This document shows, in pieces, positions 15,484-30,044 of a DNA stretch of 64,000 nucleotides. Each line of letters starts with the position of its first letter. Positions within the stretch are counted from its first letter, which is position 1. The stretch is from the human T2T-CHM13v2.0 reference genome, Homo sapiens. Both the position numbers and the translations under genes were made by a program. The DNA lies in assembly GCF_009914755.1 (NCBI RefSeq), contig NC_060947.1. One strand, written 5' to 3'. The notes below the pieces were generated by a model, which did no database searches, had not been told where the DNA came from, and saw only the letters and a list, made by a program, of their open reading frames with translations.

Positions 15484-15882
15484 TGTTATGGGCTGAATCC
15501 TGTCCACCCCAAAATTCTCATGTTTAAGCACTAATCTCAAGTACTTCCAAATGTGACTATGTTTGGAGACAGGGCCTTTGAAGGGGCAATTAAGTTAATT
15601 AGGGTGGGTCCTAATTCAATCTGATTGGTGTCCTTATAAGAACTGGAAATTTGGACACACAGAAATACTGGAGGTGCACATGCACAGAGGAAACACCATG
15701 TGACGACACAGCAAGATGGTGGTCATTTGTAAACCAGGGAAGGGAGGCCTCAGGACAAATTAAACCTGCCAAAATCTTGATCTTGGATTTCCAGTCTCTA
15801 AAATTATGGGAAAAAAAATTTATGTTGTTTAAGTCACCCAGCCCGTGGTATTTTGTTGTGGCAGCACTAACAAACTAAAACA
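15484..15882 (+). mobile_element. MLT1A/B LTR
   Basis: Starts tgttatgggctgaat and ends gcagcactaacaaactaaaaca. Confidence 0.82.
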
Positions 15883-16089
15883 TCCTCAAACATTTATGTA
15901 TTTGTTTGGCATTTTACATCAGATTGGAAAAAAAGGAAGCCTTGTGTTTATGGTAAAAGTATAGAGTTTCATAGAAGTTTAGACTTTCAAACTTGATAAA
16001 TCCTATCAAAGCTAGAGCACTTTTCCAGTATTATGTTCAATTCCAGTGTAGCAGTGTGTACATTAGCTTACTACCTGCTTTAGATGGCA

Positions 16090-17500
16090 AAATAGAAAAT
16101 TAAATATAGAGAGTACCCAGAAATAAACTCACACATTTATACTTCATTGATTTTTGACAAAGGTTCCAAGAATACACAATGAGGGAAGAACAATCTCTTT
16201 AATAAATAGTGTTGGAAAAACTGGATATCCACATGTAGAAGAATGAAATTAGACCCTTATCTTACAACATATATAAAAATCAACTCAAAATGAATTGAGG
16301 ACTTAAACATTAGACCTGAAACTGTAAAACTACTAGAACAAAAAATAAGAGGAAAACTCCATGACATAGGTCTGGGCATTTATTTTTTGGTTACGAACCC
16401 AAAAGCACAGGGAACAAAAGCAAAAATAAACAAGTGGGATTACTTCAAACTAAAAAGCTTCCGCACAGCTAAGGAAACAACAGAGTGAAGAGACAATCTA
16501 CAGAACAGGAGAGAATATTTGAAAACCATATATTTGTTAAGGGGTTAATATCAAAAATACATAAGGAGCTCAACTCAATAGCAAGAAAACAATAACCTTA
16601 TTTTTAAAATGGCAAAGGACCTCAATAGACATTTCTCAAAAGAAGACATACAACTGGCCAACAGATATGTCAAAAAATGTTCTACATCACTAATCATCGG
16701 GGAAATGCAAGTTAAAACCACAGTGCAGTATCACTCAAACCTGTTAGAATGGCTATTATTGAAAAGATGATAGATAACAAGTGTCGATGAGGATGTGGAG
16801 AAAAAAGCACTCTTGTACACTCTAGAAATATAAACTAGTACAGCCATTATGGAAAACTGTATGGAGATTCCTAAAAAAAACTAAGTATAGAACTATCATG
16901 TGATCCAGCAATTCCACTTCTTGGTATATGTACAAAACAACTGAAATCAGTATGTAATATATACAAATATATATATATGTATATATATATATGTATATAT
17001 ATATATATAATACTGATTTCAGTTGTTGATATATATATATATATATAACATACTGATTTCAGTTGTTGATATATATATATATATATATCAGGCACAGAAA
17101 GACAAATACTCCATGATCTCGCTTATATATAGAATCTGAAAAAGTCAAACTCATAGCAGTAGAAAGTAGAATGGTGGTTACCAGAGGATGGGAGCGAGAA
17201 CAGGAATGGGGATGTGTTGGTCAAAGGGTACAAAGTTTCACATTGACAGGAGGAGTAAGTTTTTGACATTTATTGCACAGTATTGCAATTATAGTTAATA
17301 ATTATGAATTGCATATTTCAAAATTGTTAAGAGAGTACATTTCGAATCTTCTCACCAAAAAATGGTATGTGAGGTGATGGCTATGTTAATTAGCCAAATT
17401 TATTCCATCATGCATACATATTTCAAAACAATGTATTGTATATGATAAGTGTATACAATTTTGTGAATTACCAAAATAAAAACAAACAAAACCAAAATTA
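16090..17500 (+). mobile_element. L1MA-type 3' fragment with an internal (TA)n replacement
   Basis: ORF2 3' sequence (cccagaaataaactcacacattt...) and L1M 3'UTR (ggtcaaagggtacaaagtttca). Confidence 0.8.
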
Positions 17501-18446
17501 AATTTGAAATGTACATTCAAAGTAAACCTAGAATGAACTGAACTTACTACAAACAAAAATCTCCACCTCTCTCTTTCTCCCCCCATTCCTATTTTAATTG
17601 AATTACAGTCAGTAATTTAGGGAAGAGTGGGCAGGTAGCTCTAAAAAAGCAATTTGAATTAAAACTTTTAAAAACCTACTGGGTGAGACACTTGCCAGCC
17701 AAAAATATTGTCTCTAACAAAATAATTTGTCTAAATATTTTATGGGGGTGCTTCTTTGTCTGATTGGTCAGTGATAGATGCTTATAGAAGCATAATGTCT
17801 CTTCCCAGATTTTAAATATAGTGTAAACTGATATGATTTATATAATCAACAGAAAACCATATGTTCAAGGGGTCTTTATATTTTCAACAAATTGAACAAT
17901 CTGTTTTGTCCCAAACACTGTTTCTAGGTTCTAGGAATACAGCATAGAATAAAACAAAACATCATCCTCATGGAGCTTACATTTAGGGATGAGGGAAACA
18001 GATAATAAGAAATTAAATATATAAATATGTAATATTAAGTGGTTGTGAATGATACCGAGAAAAATAAAACAGGGTATGAGGGTGTTGGAAGGAGGGATAC
18101 TATTTTAGATAGGATAGTCAGAGAAGTTCATTCTGAGCAAATACCTGAATGAAGTGATGGAGCAAGTCATGAGGTTATCTAACAGATAAATATTCTAGGC
18201 TTTGGGAACAACAAATACAGTGGTCCTTAGGTAGGAATGTGTTTGGCTTGCTCAAAAAACAGCAAGAAGGCTAGTGTGGCTGAAATGGAGGAAGCAAGGG
18301 GAGAATGGTGAGAGATGATTTTAAAATGGTAGCCAGGGGCCAGATCATGTAAGATATTACAGGCCATGGAAAGAAGTTTGGATTCTAAGTCTTACAGAAA
18401 GCCACTAGAAGGTTTTGGCAAGGGGAGCTGGAGAGCTGTGAGATAT

Positions 18447-18570
18447 TATATATATATATACACACACATATATATATATATGTGTGTATATATATATGTG
18501 TATATATATATGTGTATATATATATGTGTGTGTATATATATGTGTATATATATATGTGTGTGTGTATATA

Positions 18571-18605
<35 letters not shown>

Positions 18606-18642
18606 GCTGTCTCCATATATATATATGGAGAGAGAGAGAGAT
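18447..18642. repeat. Compound (TA)n/(TG)n/(GA)n microsatellite in the Alu tail
   Basis: Read directly from the sequence. Confidence 0.95.
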
Positions 18643-18925
18643 AGACAGTCTTGCTCTGTCACCCAGGCTGGAGCACAGTGGCATGGTCACGGCTAAGTGC
18701 ATGCAACCTCTGCCTCCCAGGTTCAGGCAATTCTTGTGCCTCAGCCTCCCAAGTAACTGGGACTACAGGCATGCACCACCACACACAGCTAATGTTTGTA
18801 TTTTTAATACAGACGGGGTCTCACCGTGTCTCCCAGGTTGGTCTCAAACTCCTGGCCTCAAGTGATCCACCTGCCTCAGCTTCCCAAAGTGCTAGGATTA
18901 CAGGTGTGAGCCACCATGCCTGGCC
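18643..18925 (-). mobile_element. Old Alu (AluJ/early S)
   Basis: Full Alu body ending gccaccatgcctggcc; ctcctggcctcaagtgatcc motif. Confidence 0.88.
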
Positions 18926-19437
18926 ATGACTTATATTTTTAAATAGTAATCCTGGCTACTGTGTAGAGAATGGACTCTAGAGAAACAAGAATTGAGGCAA
19001 GAAGGATAACTAGTACCTATAAAACAATTGCAGTGGTCCAGGTAACAGATGATATTGATTTGGAATAAGATCTCAGCTGTGGAAGTGGTGGTAAGTGTCC
19101 AGCTTTGAAATATATTTAGTGGGTAGATTCAATGGATGTTGTAGATGAATCAAATATAGAGTAAGAGAAAAAGAGGAATTGATTCTGATGCTGAGCAGCT
19201 CAGTGAATACAGATATCACTTATTGCATTTCAGATGCCTTTTAGACATCCATGTCAAGATGGAAAGTAAGCAGTTGGAGATATAAGTTTGGGACTTTGGA
19301 GATAGGTCCAGACTAGAGGTAGAAATTTGAGAAACATGAAGGTATAGGTGGTATTTAAAGCCAAGAGGTTGGATGAGATGACTAAGAGATGTAGATAGTG
19401 TGAGTAGTAAGAGAGGAAGTCCAAAGATTGAGCTTTG

Positions 19438-21470
19438 GCAAGGATGCCCTCTCTCACCACTCCAATTCAACATAGTATTAGAAGTCCTATCCAGGGCAAT
19501 GAGGCAAGAGACAGACATAAAGGGCATCCAAAATAGGAAGAGAGAAAGTCAAACTATCTCTTTTTGCAGACGACATGATTCTATATCTAGAAAACCCCAT
19601 AGTCTTGGCCCCAAATTTCCTTTAGCTAATAAACAACTTCAGCAAAGTTTCAGGATACAAAATCAATGTATAAAAATCACTAGCATTCCTATACACCAAC
19701 AACAGCCAAACTGAGAGCCAAATCAGGAAGGCAGTCTCATTTAGAATTGCCACAAAAAGAACAAAATACGTAAGAATACAGCTAACCAGAGAAGTGAAAG
19801 ATCTCTACAATGAGAACACTGCTCAAAGAAATCAGAGATGACACAAACAAATGGAAAAACATTCCATGCTCATGGATAGGAAGAATCAATATCATTAAAA
19901 TGGCTATTCTGCCCAAGGCAATTTACAGATTCAGCGTTATTCCTATGAAACTACCAATGGCATGTTTTGCAGAACTAGAAAAAAACTATTTTAAAATTCA
20001 TATGGAACCAAAAAACAGTCCGAATAGCAATGGCAATCCTAAGCAAGATGAATAAAGCTGGAGGCATCACACTACCTGACTTCAAGCTATACGGGCTACA
20101 GTAACCAAAACAGCATGGTACTGGTACAAGAACAGACACATAGACCAATGGAACAAAGTAGGGAGCCCAGAAGTAAGGCTGTACACCTACGACCATCTGA
20201 TTTTTGACAAACCTGACAAAAACAAGCAATGGGGAAAAGACTCCCTAGTCAATAAATGGTGCTGGGATAACTGGCTAGCCACATGCAGAAAATTGAAGCT
20301 GGACCCTTACTTACATCATATACAAAAAATCAACTCAAGATGGATTGAAGACTTAAATGTAAAACCCAAAACTATAAAAACTCTGGAAGACAACCTAGGT
20401 AATACCATTCTGGACATAGGAACAGGCAAAGATTTCATGATGAAGATGTCAAAAGCAATTGCAGCAAAAGCAAAAATTGACAAGTGGGATTTAATTAAGA
20501 GCTTCCGCACAGAGAAAGAAACTGTCAACAGAGTAAACAGACAAACTACAGAATGGGAGAAAATATTTGCAAAGTCTTCATCTGACAAAGGTCTAGTATC
20601 TAGTATCTATAAGGAACTTAAATTTACAAGAGGAAAACAACCCTATTCAAAAGGGGGCAAAAGGCTTGAACAGACAGTTTTCAAAAGAAGACATACATGC
20701 GGCCAACAAGCATGTGAAAAAAGGATTAATATCACTGATTATTAGAGAAATGCAAATCAAAACCACAGTGAGATAACGTGTCACGCAAGTCAGAATGGCT
20801 CTTATTAAAAAGTCAAAAAATAACAGATGCTGGCAAGATTGTGGAAGAAAAGGAACACTTATACACTGTTTGTGGAACCATTGTGGAAAGCAGTATGGCA
20901 ATTCCTCACAAAAAAGCAGAACCACCATTTGACTCAGGAATCCCATCACTGGGTATATACCCAGAGGAATATAAATCATTCTACTGTAAAGTCACATGGA
21001 CGCGAATGTTCATTGCAGCACTATTCACAGTGGCAAAGACATGGAATCAACCTAAATGCCCATCAGTGATAGACCGGATAAAGAAAATGTGGTACATATA
21101 CACACTGGAAAACTATGCAGCTACTAAAAGAATTAGATCATGTCTTTTGCAGGAACATGGATGGAGCTGGAGGCTATCATCCTTAGCATACTAATACAAG
21201 AACAGAAAACCAAATACTGCATGTTCTCACTTATAAATGGGAGCTAAATGATAAGAACTTATGAACACAAAGAAGGAAACAACAGACACTGGGGTCTACT
21301 TGAGAGTTGAGGGTGGGAGGAGGGAGAGGAGCAGAAAAAGTAATTAATAGGTACTGGGCTTAATACCTGGGTGATGAAATAATCTGTACAACAAACTCCC
21401 ATGACGTGAGTTTACCTATGTAACATAACAAATCTTCACATGTGCCCCGGAACCTAAAAGGTAAAAAAAA
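19438..21470 (+). mobile_element. 5'-truncated L1PA11-13-like element
   Basis: ORF2 RT/C-terminal remnants and 3'UTR; approximate TSD aaagattgagcttt / aaagattaggcttt. Confidence 0.88.
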
Positions 21471-21667
21471 GATTAGGCTTTGCGGCATTTCAAAGTTGAG
21501 ATACAGGAGATGATAATAAATCATCAAAAACAAAAGTTAATAAGGTACAGTCAAGGAGTAGCCAATAAGGTAGGAGAAAAACCAGGAACATATAATATGT
21601 TAGAAGCCAAGTCAAGAAGATGCTTCACAGAGGAGGGAGTGATCAACCCTGTCTAACACTACTGTTA

Positions 21668-21800
21668 GGTAAATGACCAAATATCATTTAGTTTCCCAGG
21701 ACAGTCCTGGTTTATGCCTGTTGTACAGGAATAATTGTTAATAAGACCCTTTTTTACTTTTAGAAGTGCCTTGATTTGGATGATAAATTATATGCTCCCT
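21668..21800 (-). mobile_element. MER94-like hAT (Blackjack) MITE
   Basis: caggacagtcctggtttatgcctgttg...gatttggatgataaattatatgctcccta matches the MER94 consensus as recalled. Confidence 0.7.
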
Positions 21801-22170
21801 ATGATGATAGGTCAACAAGAGGATTGAGAATTGAGTATTGGATTTGGCAACATGGAGATCATTGGAAATCTTGAGGAAAGCAGTTTCAGTGGAGCATTCA
21901 ACTTCATTGGATTGTAGGATAAAATGAATCCAATGAAAACCAACTTCATTGGATTGTAGAATAAAAGACTGGAGTGGTTTGAAGGGAAAAAGAGGAGACA
22001 GTGTCATAAACATTGACAACTATTTTGAGGGGTTCTACAGCAAAACATCAGAGAATTGGGGCATTAGCTCTGGAATGATATAGGTACAGGGAGAATTTTG
22101 TTTTTCAAGATAGATAATAGTACAGCATGTTTTCATGCTGATGAGAATATTCCAGGAGAGAGGAAAATTT

Positions 22171-24403
22171 GTGTAGACTATTTTTTTAAAGAGCAGTTTA
22201 AGGTTCACAAAAAAAGTGAGAGGAAGGAACAAAGCTATCCCATATATTTTCTGCCCCCAACCATGCATAGTCTCACCCATTGCCAATATTCCCCACAACA
22301 GTGGTTCCATCTGCTAAAATTGATGAACCTACATTGACACATCATTATCACCCAAACTCCACTGTTCACATTAGGGTTTGCTCTTGGTGTTCTATGTTCT
22401 ATGGGTTTGGAAAAATATATACTGTCATGTATCTATCATTGTATTATAATACAGAGTATTTTCAAAAGCCTAAAAATCCTCTGTGCTCAGCCTATTCATT
22501 CCTCCCTCCCCCTAACCCATGGCAACCACTGATCCTTCTACTCTTTCCATAGTTTTGCTTTTACATCATATAGTTGGAATAAAACAGTATGTAGTCTTTT
22601 TAGACTGGTTTATTTCACTTATTAATATGCATTTACATTTCTTCCATGTGTTTTCATGGCTTGATTGCTCATTTCTTTTGAGTGCTGCATAATATTCCAT
22701 TGTCTGGATGTACCACAGTGTATTTATCCATTCACCTACTGAAGGACATCTTTGATGTTTCCATGTTTGACAATTATGAATAAAGCTGCTAGACACATCA
22801 ACGTGCAGGTTTTGGTTTGGATGTGTTTTCAGTTTATCTGGGTAAATACCAAGGAGAGCAATTGCTGAATTGTATGCTAAGTACATTTAGTTTTGTAAGA
22901 AACTGCTAAATTGCCCTCCAAATTACCTCTACAATTTTGTATTCCACCAGCAATGAATGACACTTCCTGTTGCCTCATATCCTCACCAGTATTTGGCACT
23001 GTAAGTGTTTGGATTTTGGCCATCCTAATAGTTGTGTATTGGTATCTCATTGTTTTTATAATTAGCATTTACCTGATGACATATGATGTGGAATGTCTTT
23101 TCATATGTTCATATGCCATCTGTATATCTTCTTAGGTGAGGATATATCTGTTAAGATCGCTGGCCTGTTTTTAAATTGTCGTGTTTGTTTTCTTATTGTT
23201 GATTTTAAGAGCTCTTAGTATATTTTGGTTAACAATACTTTCATCAGATATGTCTTTTGTAAGCATTTTCTCCCAGTTTGTGGCCTCAGCCTCTTGACAG
23301 CATGTTTTGCAGATCAGAAATGTTTAATTGTAATGAAGTACAGCTTATTAATTCTTTTTTTAAAAAAAACACTTGCTTTTTATGTTTTTTAGTAATACGT
23401 AGTATTTTTACGTATTTTGGGGTACATGTAATGTTTTGTTACATGCATAGAATGTGTAATTATCAAGTTAGGGTATTTAGGGTATCCATCGCCTCTAGTA
23501 TTTGTCATTTCTATGCGTTGGAAACATTTCAAGTCCTCTTTTCTAGCTTTTTTGACATATATAATATATAGTTGTTAACTATAGTCACCCTATAATGCTA
23601 TTGAACATTAGAACTTATTCCTTCTATCTCACTGTATGTTTGTACCCATTAAGTAACCTCTCTTCATCACCCCTCATACACCCACCTTTTTTCATGGATT
23701 ATTGCGTTTAGTAGTGTATCTATGTCATCATCAAACCAGGGTCATCCAGATTTTATCTTATGTTATCTTCTAGGAGATATACTTTATATTTAAGACTGTG
23801 ATCTATTTTTAGTTAATTTTTGAAAGGTATAAGGTATGTATCTAGATTAATTTTTTTGCATGTGGATGTCCAGTTATTCCAGCATAATTTATTGGAAAGA
23901 CTGTCCTTTCTCCATTATATTGCCTTTGCTCCTTTGTCAAAGATCAGTTGACCATATTTATATGGATCTATTTCTGGGCTCTCTGTTCTGTTGCATTGCT
24001 CTCTATCTGTTGTCCTTCCTTTCACTGCTACCATACTGTCTTTGATTCCTATAGCTTTACAGTTAGTCTTGAAGTCACAAAAGCATGGGATCCCCCATTA
24101 GTGGATCGTCCTGGAATTTTTAACTCTCAGATTTGTACACACCTAGCCTTCAGCAATTTGTGAATTACAGTTCAGATTTTCCTACCCTAGCACTGGTTCC
24201 CAAAGAGGTTTCTGTTAAAGTATGTTGTGATTCTCTCCATCTACGACTTTCTCTTCCTATTTTTGGGACAGAGGTTTGTCTTGTGACCTCACTTCTCTTA
24301 CAGATCTAAGAATAATGGTTGATTTTTCAGTTTGTTCAACTTTTTACTTGTTAGGATAGAGTGGTGACTTCCAAGCTTCATGCAGAACCGGACAACAGAA
24401 ATT
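22171..24403 (-). mobile_element. Internally deleted L1MC/MD element (5' end fused to 3' end), containing an L1MA 3' insert at ~23370-23690
   Basis: TSD gagaggaaaattt (22158-22170) / gagagggaaattt (24404-24416). Confidence 0.7.
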
Positions 24404-24866
24404 GAGAGGGAAATTTCTATGACAGAAGAGAGAAAGAAGAAAATTGCTGGAATAATGACCTTGAATAGAGGAAATGGGATATCATCTGGTAAGCAAATAG
24501 AGAAGCTGGCTTTAGATAAGAGCCTGGACAATTCATTCATAGAATAGCAGAAAAGGCAGAATTTATGTCCATAGATGCAAGTGGTATAGTAGATATAGTG
24601 ATGGGAGTTTGTAAAAGTTACCTTCTAATTGCTATTTTTTTTAATGAAATAAGAAACAAAGTCATCAACTCAAAGTGAGTAATATGTAGGAGGTGATTAT
24701 TGTTTGAGGAGAGAGGAGAATGTGTGATATCTTTTGTTAATTATGGTAAAATATAACACAAAATTTGCCATTTTAACCATTTTAAGTGGACAATTAAGTG
24801 TCATTAATTACATTCACACTGTTGTACATCTGCCACCACTATCTTCTTCTAAAACTTTTTATCACC

Positions 24867-25295
24867 TCTTATAGTTTAAATTGTGCCCCCACAGAAGATA
24901 TGTTGGAGTCCTATCCCTTAATATTAATGTGACCTTATTTGGAGATAGGATCTTTATAAAGGTATTCAAATTAACATGAGATCATTAGGGTGGAATCCTA
25001 ATCCAATATGATTAGTGTCCTTATAAAAAGGGGAAATTTGGACACAGAGGCAAGCACACAGGGAGAGTGCCAAGTGAAGATGAAGAAAAAGATCAGAGTG
25101 ATACAAAGAAGTCAAAGAACACCAAAGATTGCCAACAAACCACCAGAAGCTAGGAGAAAGGCCTGAAACATATCCTTCCCGCATGCCTTCAGAGGGAGCG
25201 TGGGCCTGCAGACACTTTGATCTCAGACTTCTACCCTATGGAACTGTGCAAAAATAAATGTCTGTTGTTTAAGCCATTCAGTTTGTGTTACAGCA
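24867..25295 (+). mobile_element. MLT1B/C LTR
   Basis: gtgaccttatttggagatagg...ccaccagaagctaggaga...tctgttgtttaagcca. Confidence 0.8.
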
Positions 25296-26199
25296 CAAAT
25301 GTATTCTATTTAGAATACATCATTCTAAATAGAAATTTTTTAATAATTAAGTATTTTCCTCTCCTTGGAGCACTTGGTAACTTCTAATTCTACTTTCTAT
25401 CTCTATTAATTTGCCTATTCTAGATATATCAAATGAGTGAAATAATACAATAGTTGTCTTTTTGTGTCTGGCTTCTTTTACTTTGCATAATGTTTTCAAG
25501 GTTCATTCATGTTGTAGCATGTATCTGAACTTCATTCTTTTTCTGGCTGAAAATTTTATTATATGTATGTATCACATTTTGTGTCTCTATTCATCACTTG
25601 ATGGATATTTGGATAGATTTAAGTCATTTGTCTTTTGTGAATAGTGCTATTAATATTATGAACACTTGAGTACAAGTTTTTGTTTAAATACCTCTTTTCT
25701 TTTTTCTTGGATGTATTATCTAGGTGAAGAATGGCAAGATCATATGGTAATTCTATTTAGCTTTTTGAGGAACTGCCAAACCTTTCCACAATGACTGCAC
25801 AATTATACATTTCCAGTAGGGTTCCAGTTTATCCATATTCTCACCAATGCTTTTATTTTTCTGTTTTTTAAAATTATACTGATCATAGGAGGTGTAAAGC
25901 AGTATTTCAGTTTGGTTTTGATTTGCATTTCCCTAATGATTAATGATGTTGAGAATCCTTTCACATGCTTATTGACCATTTTTATGTCATTTTGGGAAAA
26001 TATTTATTCACATTTTTGCCCATTTTTTAGTTGGGTTGTCTTTTTTTGCTGTTGAGTTGTAGGAGTTCTTTATATTTTCTGGATATTAAACCCTCATCAG
26101 ATAAATTATTTGCAAATGTTTTCTTCCATTCTGTTAATTTTCTTAATGTTGTCTTTTGATGCACATTGTAAAAATTTTTAAAATCAATTTCCATTTTCT

Positions 26200-27322
<1,123 letters not shown>

Positions 27323-27396
27323 TTAATCTTGCTTTTGGTATTATATCCAAGAAACCATTGCCAAATCTAAGGTCATGAAGGTTTACCCCTATGTAT

Positions 27397-27782
27397 TTCT
27401 ATTAGTCCGCTCTCACACTGCTATGAAGAAACACCGAAGACTGGTTAATTCATAAAGGAAAGAAGTTTAATTGACTTACAGTTTCACATTGCTGGGGAGG
27501 CCTCAGGAAACTTACAATCATGGCGGAAGGCAAAGGAGAAGCAGGCACCTTCTTCACAGGGTGGCAGTATGGAGTTAGTGCAAGCAGGGTAAATGCCAGA
27601 CACTTACAAAACCACCAGATCTTGTGAGGCTCACTCATTATCACGAGAACAGCATGGGGGAAGCTGCTCTCATGATCTAATTACTTCCACCTGGTCCTGC
27701 CCTTGACGCATGAGGATTATAGGGGTTATGCAGGTTACAATTCACGATGAGATTTTGGATGGGGACACAGCCAAACCATATC
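27397..27782 (-). mobile_element. MSTA-like solo LTR
   Basis: tattagtccgctctcacactgctatgaagaa...ggggacacagccaaaccatatc. Confidence 0.85.
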
Positions 27783-28029
27783 TCTATTCTAAGAGCGTGA
27801 TACTTTTAGCTCTTATATTTATGTCTTTAATCTATTTGGAATTAAATATTACATATGGTATGAAGAGGAGTCTAGCTTATTTTTTATTTCAGCAAAATAT
27901 TCATTATATTACATAATCATGTAAGTTATATGCAGTGAAATCTCCCTTCCATGGTATGATACTTCAATAGATTAACCAAGTCCCCAAAATAGGTAGGAAG
28001 AAAAATATTGTATCCACTGGAACTGCAAG

Positions 28030-29950
28030 ATGAACAGTATGTAGCCTTTTTACAAGGCTTTTTTTACTTAGTAATATGCATTTAAGTTTCATCCAGATCT
28101 TTTCATGGCTTGATAGCTCATTTATTTTTAGTGGTGGATAGTATTCCATTTTCTGGATATGCCGCAGTTTATGTTAATCTAGTAGAGGACATCTTGGTTA
28201 CTTCCAATTATTGGCAATTATAAATGAAGCTGCTAGAAACATCCATGTGCAAGTTTTTGTGTGGACATACGTTTTCAACTCACTTGCATGAATACCAAGG
28301 AGTTCCACTTCGGTATTATTTGCTAAGAGTATATTTAGTTTTCTAAGAAACCATGACCATCTTCCAAAGTGGCTATACCATGTTGCATTCCTACCAGCAC
28401 TAAATAAGTTTCTGTTGCTCTACCTCCTTTGCAGCACTTGGTGGTGTCAGTGTCCTACATGTTGACCATTGTATTAAGTGTATAATGGTATCTCACTGTT
28501 GTTTTAATTTGCATTCTCCTGATGACATACAATGTGGAGCATCTTTTCATATGTTTATTTGCCATCTGTATATCTTCTTAGGTGAGGTGTCTGTTAAGGT
28601 CCTTAGCCCATTTTTTAATCCTGTTTGTTTTCGTATTGTTGGGTTTTAAGAGTTCTTCATATATTATAGATAACAGTTCTTTATCACATATGTCTTTTGC
28701 AAATATTTTCTCCTGGTTTGTGGCTTATCTTCTCAGATAACAGTGCCTTTCTCAGAGTAGAAGTTTTTACTTTTAATGAAGTCCCGCTAACCAATACCTT
28801 ATTTTGTGAATCATACCTTTGGTATTATATTTAGAGAATTGTCACCCTACACAAGGTAATCTAGACTTTTAGAAAATGTAACCATCTAGGAGCTGTAGTT
28901 TTGCATTTTACTTTTAGTTCTGTTAGCCATTTTGAGTTAATTTTGTGACATGTGTAGAGTCTGTGTCTAGATTTTTTTTGCATGTGGGTGTTGAGTTGTT
29001 TCAGTATAATTTATTGAAAAGACTCTCTTTTCTCTGTTGTATTGCCTTTGCTCCTTTGTTAAAGATCAGTTGGCCATATTTACATGGGTCTGTTTCTGGG
29101 CTCTCTGTTCTGTTGCATTTATTCGCCTGTCCTTTCATTGATACCACACTGTTTTGATTACTATAGCTTTATAGTAATTTTTAAAGTTGGGTAGTGTTGG
29201 TCCAACTTTGTTCTTCTCCAATAGTGTGTCAGCTACTATGGGCCTTTTGCCTCTCCATATAAACTTTAGAATCAGTTTGTCAGTACTTACAAAACAACTT
29301 GCTGCAATTTTGGTTGGGATCGCACTGAATTTATAGATTAAATTTGGAAGAATTAATATCTTGACAATATTGAATCCTCCTATCCATGTACATGGAATAT
29401 CTCTGCATTTATTTAGTTATTTTATTTCCTTCATCAGTGTTTCATAGTTTCACTCATATAGATATTGTGCATATTCTGCTAGATTTATACCTAAGTGTTT
29501 CATTTTTAGGTGCTAATGTAAATGTTATCATTTTTAAACTACAAATTCTACTTTCTCATTGCTCGTATTTAGGAAAGTCATTTTTAAAATATATTAATCT
29601 TGTATCCTGCAACGTTGCCATAATTACTTATCAGTTCCAGAAGTTTTTTTGTTGTTGTCAGTTCTTTCAGATTTTGTACATACACAGTCATTTCATCTGC
29701 ACATGAAAACAGTTTTCTTTCTTCCCAGTCAGTATAACTTTAATTTCTTTTTTCTTGTCTTTATTGCATTAGCTAGGACTTCCATTATGATGTAGAAAAG
29801 CAGTGGTGAAAGGGAAAATATCTGCCTCATTCCTGATCTTACTGATAAATCAAGTTTCTCACCATTAAGTATGATGTTAGCTGTAGGTTTTTGGTAAATA
29901 TCCTTTATCAAGTTGAGGAAGTTCTCCTCTATTTTTAGTTTGCTGAGACA
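28030..29950 (-). mobile_element. L1MC/MD 3' fragment
   Basis: Antisense ORF2/3'UTR remnants; ORF 29729-29911 (IYQKPTANIILNGEKL). Confidence 0.75.
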
Positions 29951-30044
29951 ACTTTATTCTTTTATCTGTGGATATCTGGTTCTCTCATTACCACCACCAC
30001 ATATAGAGAACGGACAAGATTTTTAATAAATGGTGATTGCGTCC

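Larger units (their letters stand above)
17880..24730 (-). mobile_element. Long L2 element, fragmented by younger insertions
   Basis: L2 3'-end motifs (ttcaacaaat...ctaggttctaggaatacagc, ggggccagatcatg, gcagttggagatataagtt); pieces at 17880-19437, 21470-22170 and 24404-24730. Confidence 0.75.

Noticed and set aside
18366-18929. Y/I/C/V-rich ORFs
   Set aside because: Translations of a (TA)/(TG) microsatellite and an Alu.
24060-24090. Spliced L1 (SpIRE) explanation of the 5'/3' L1 fusion
   Set aside because: The GT of the potential GTGAGT donor is retained and the junction shows TGA microhomology, which favours deletion over splicing.
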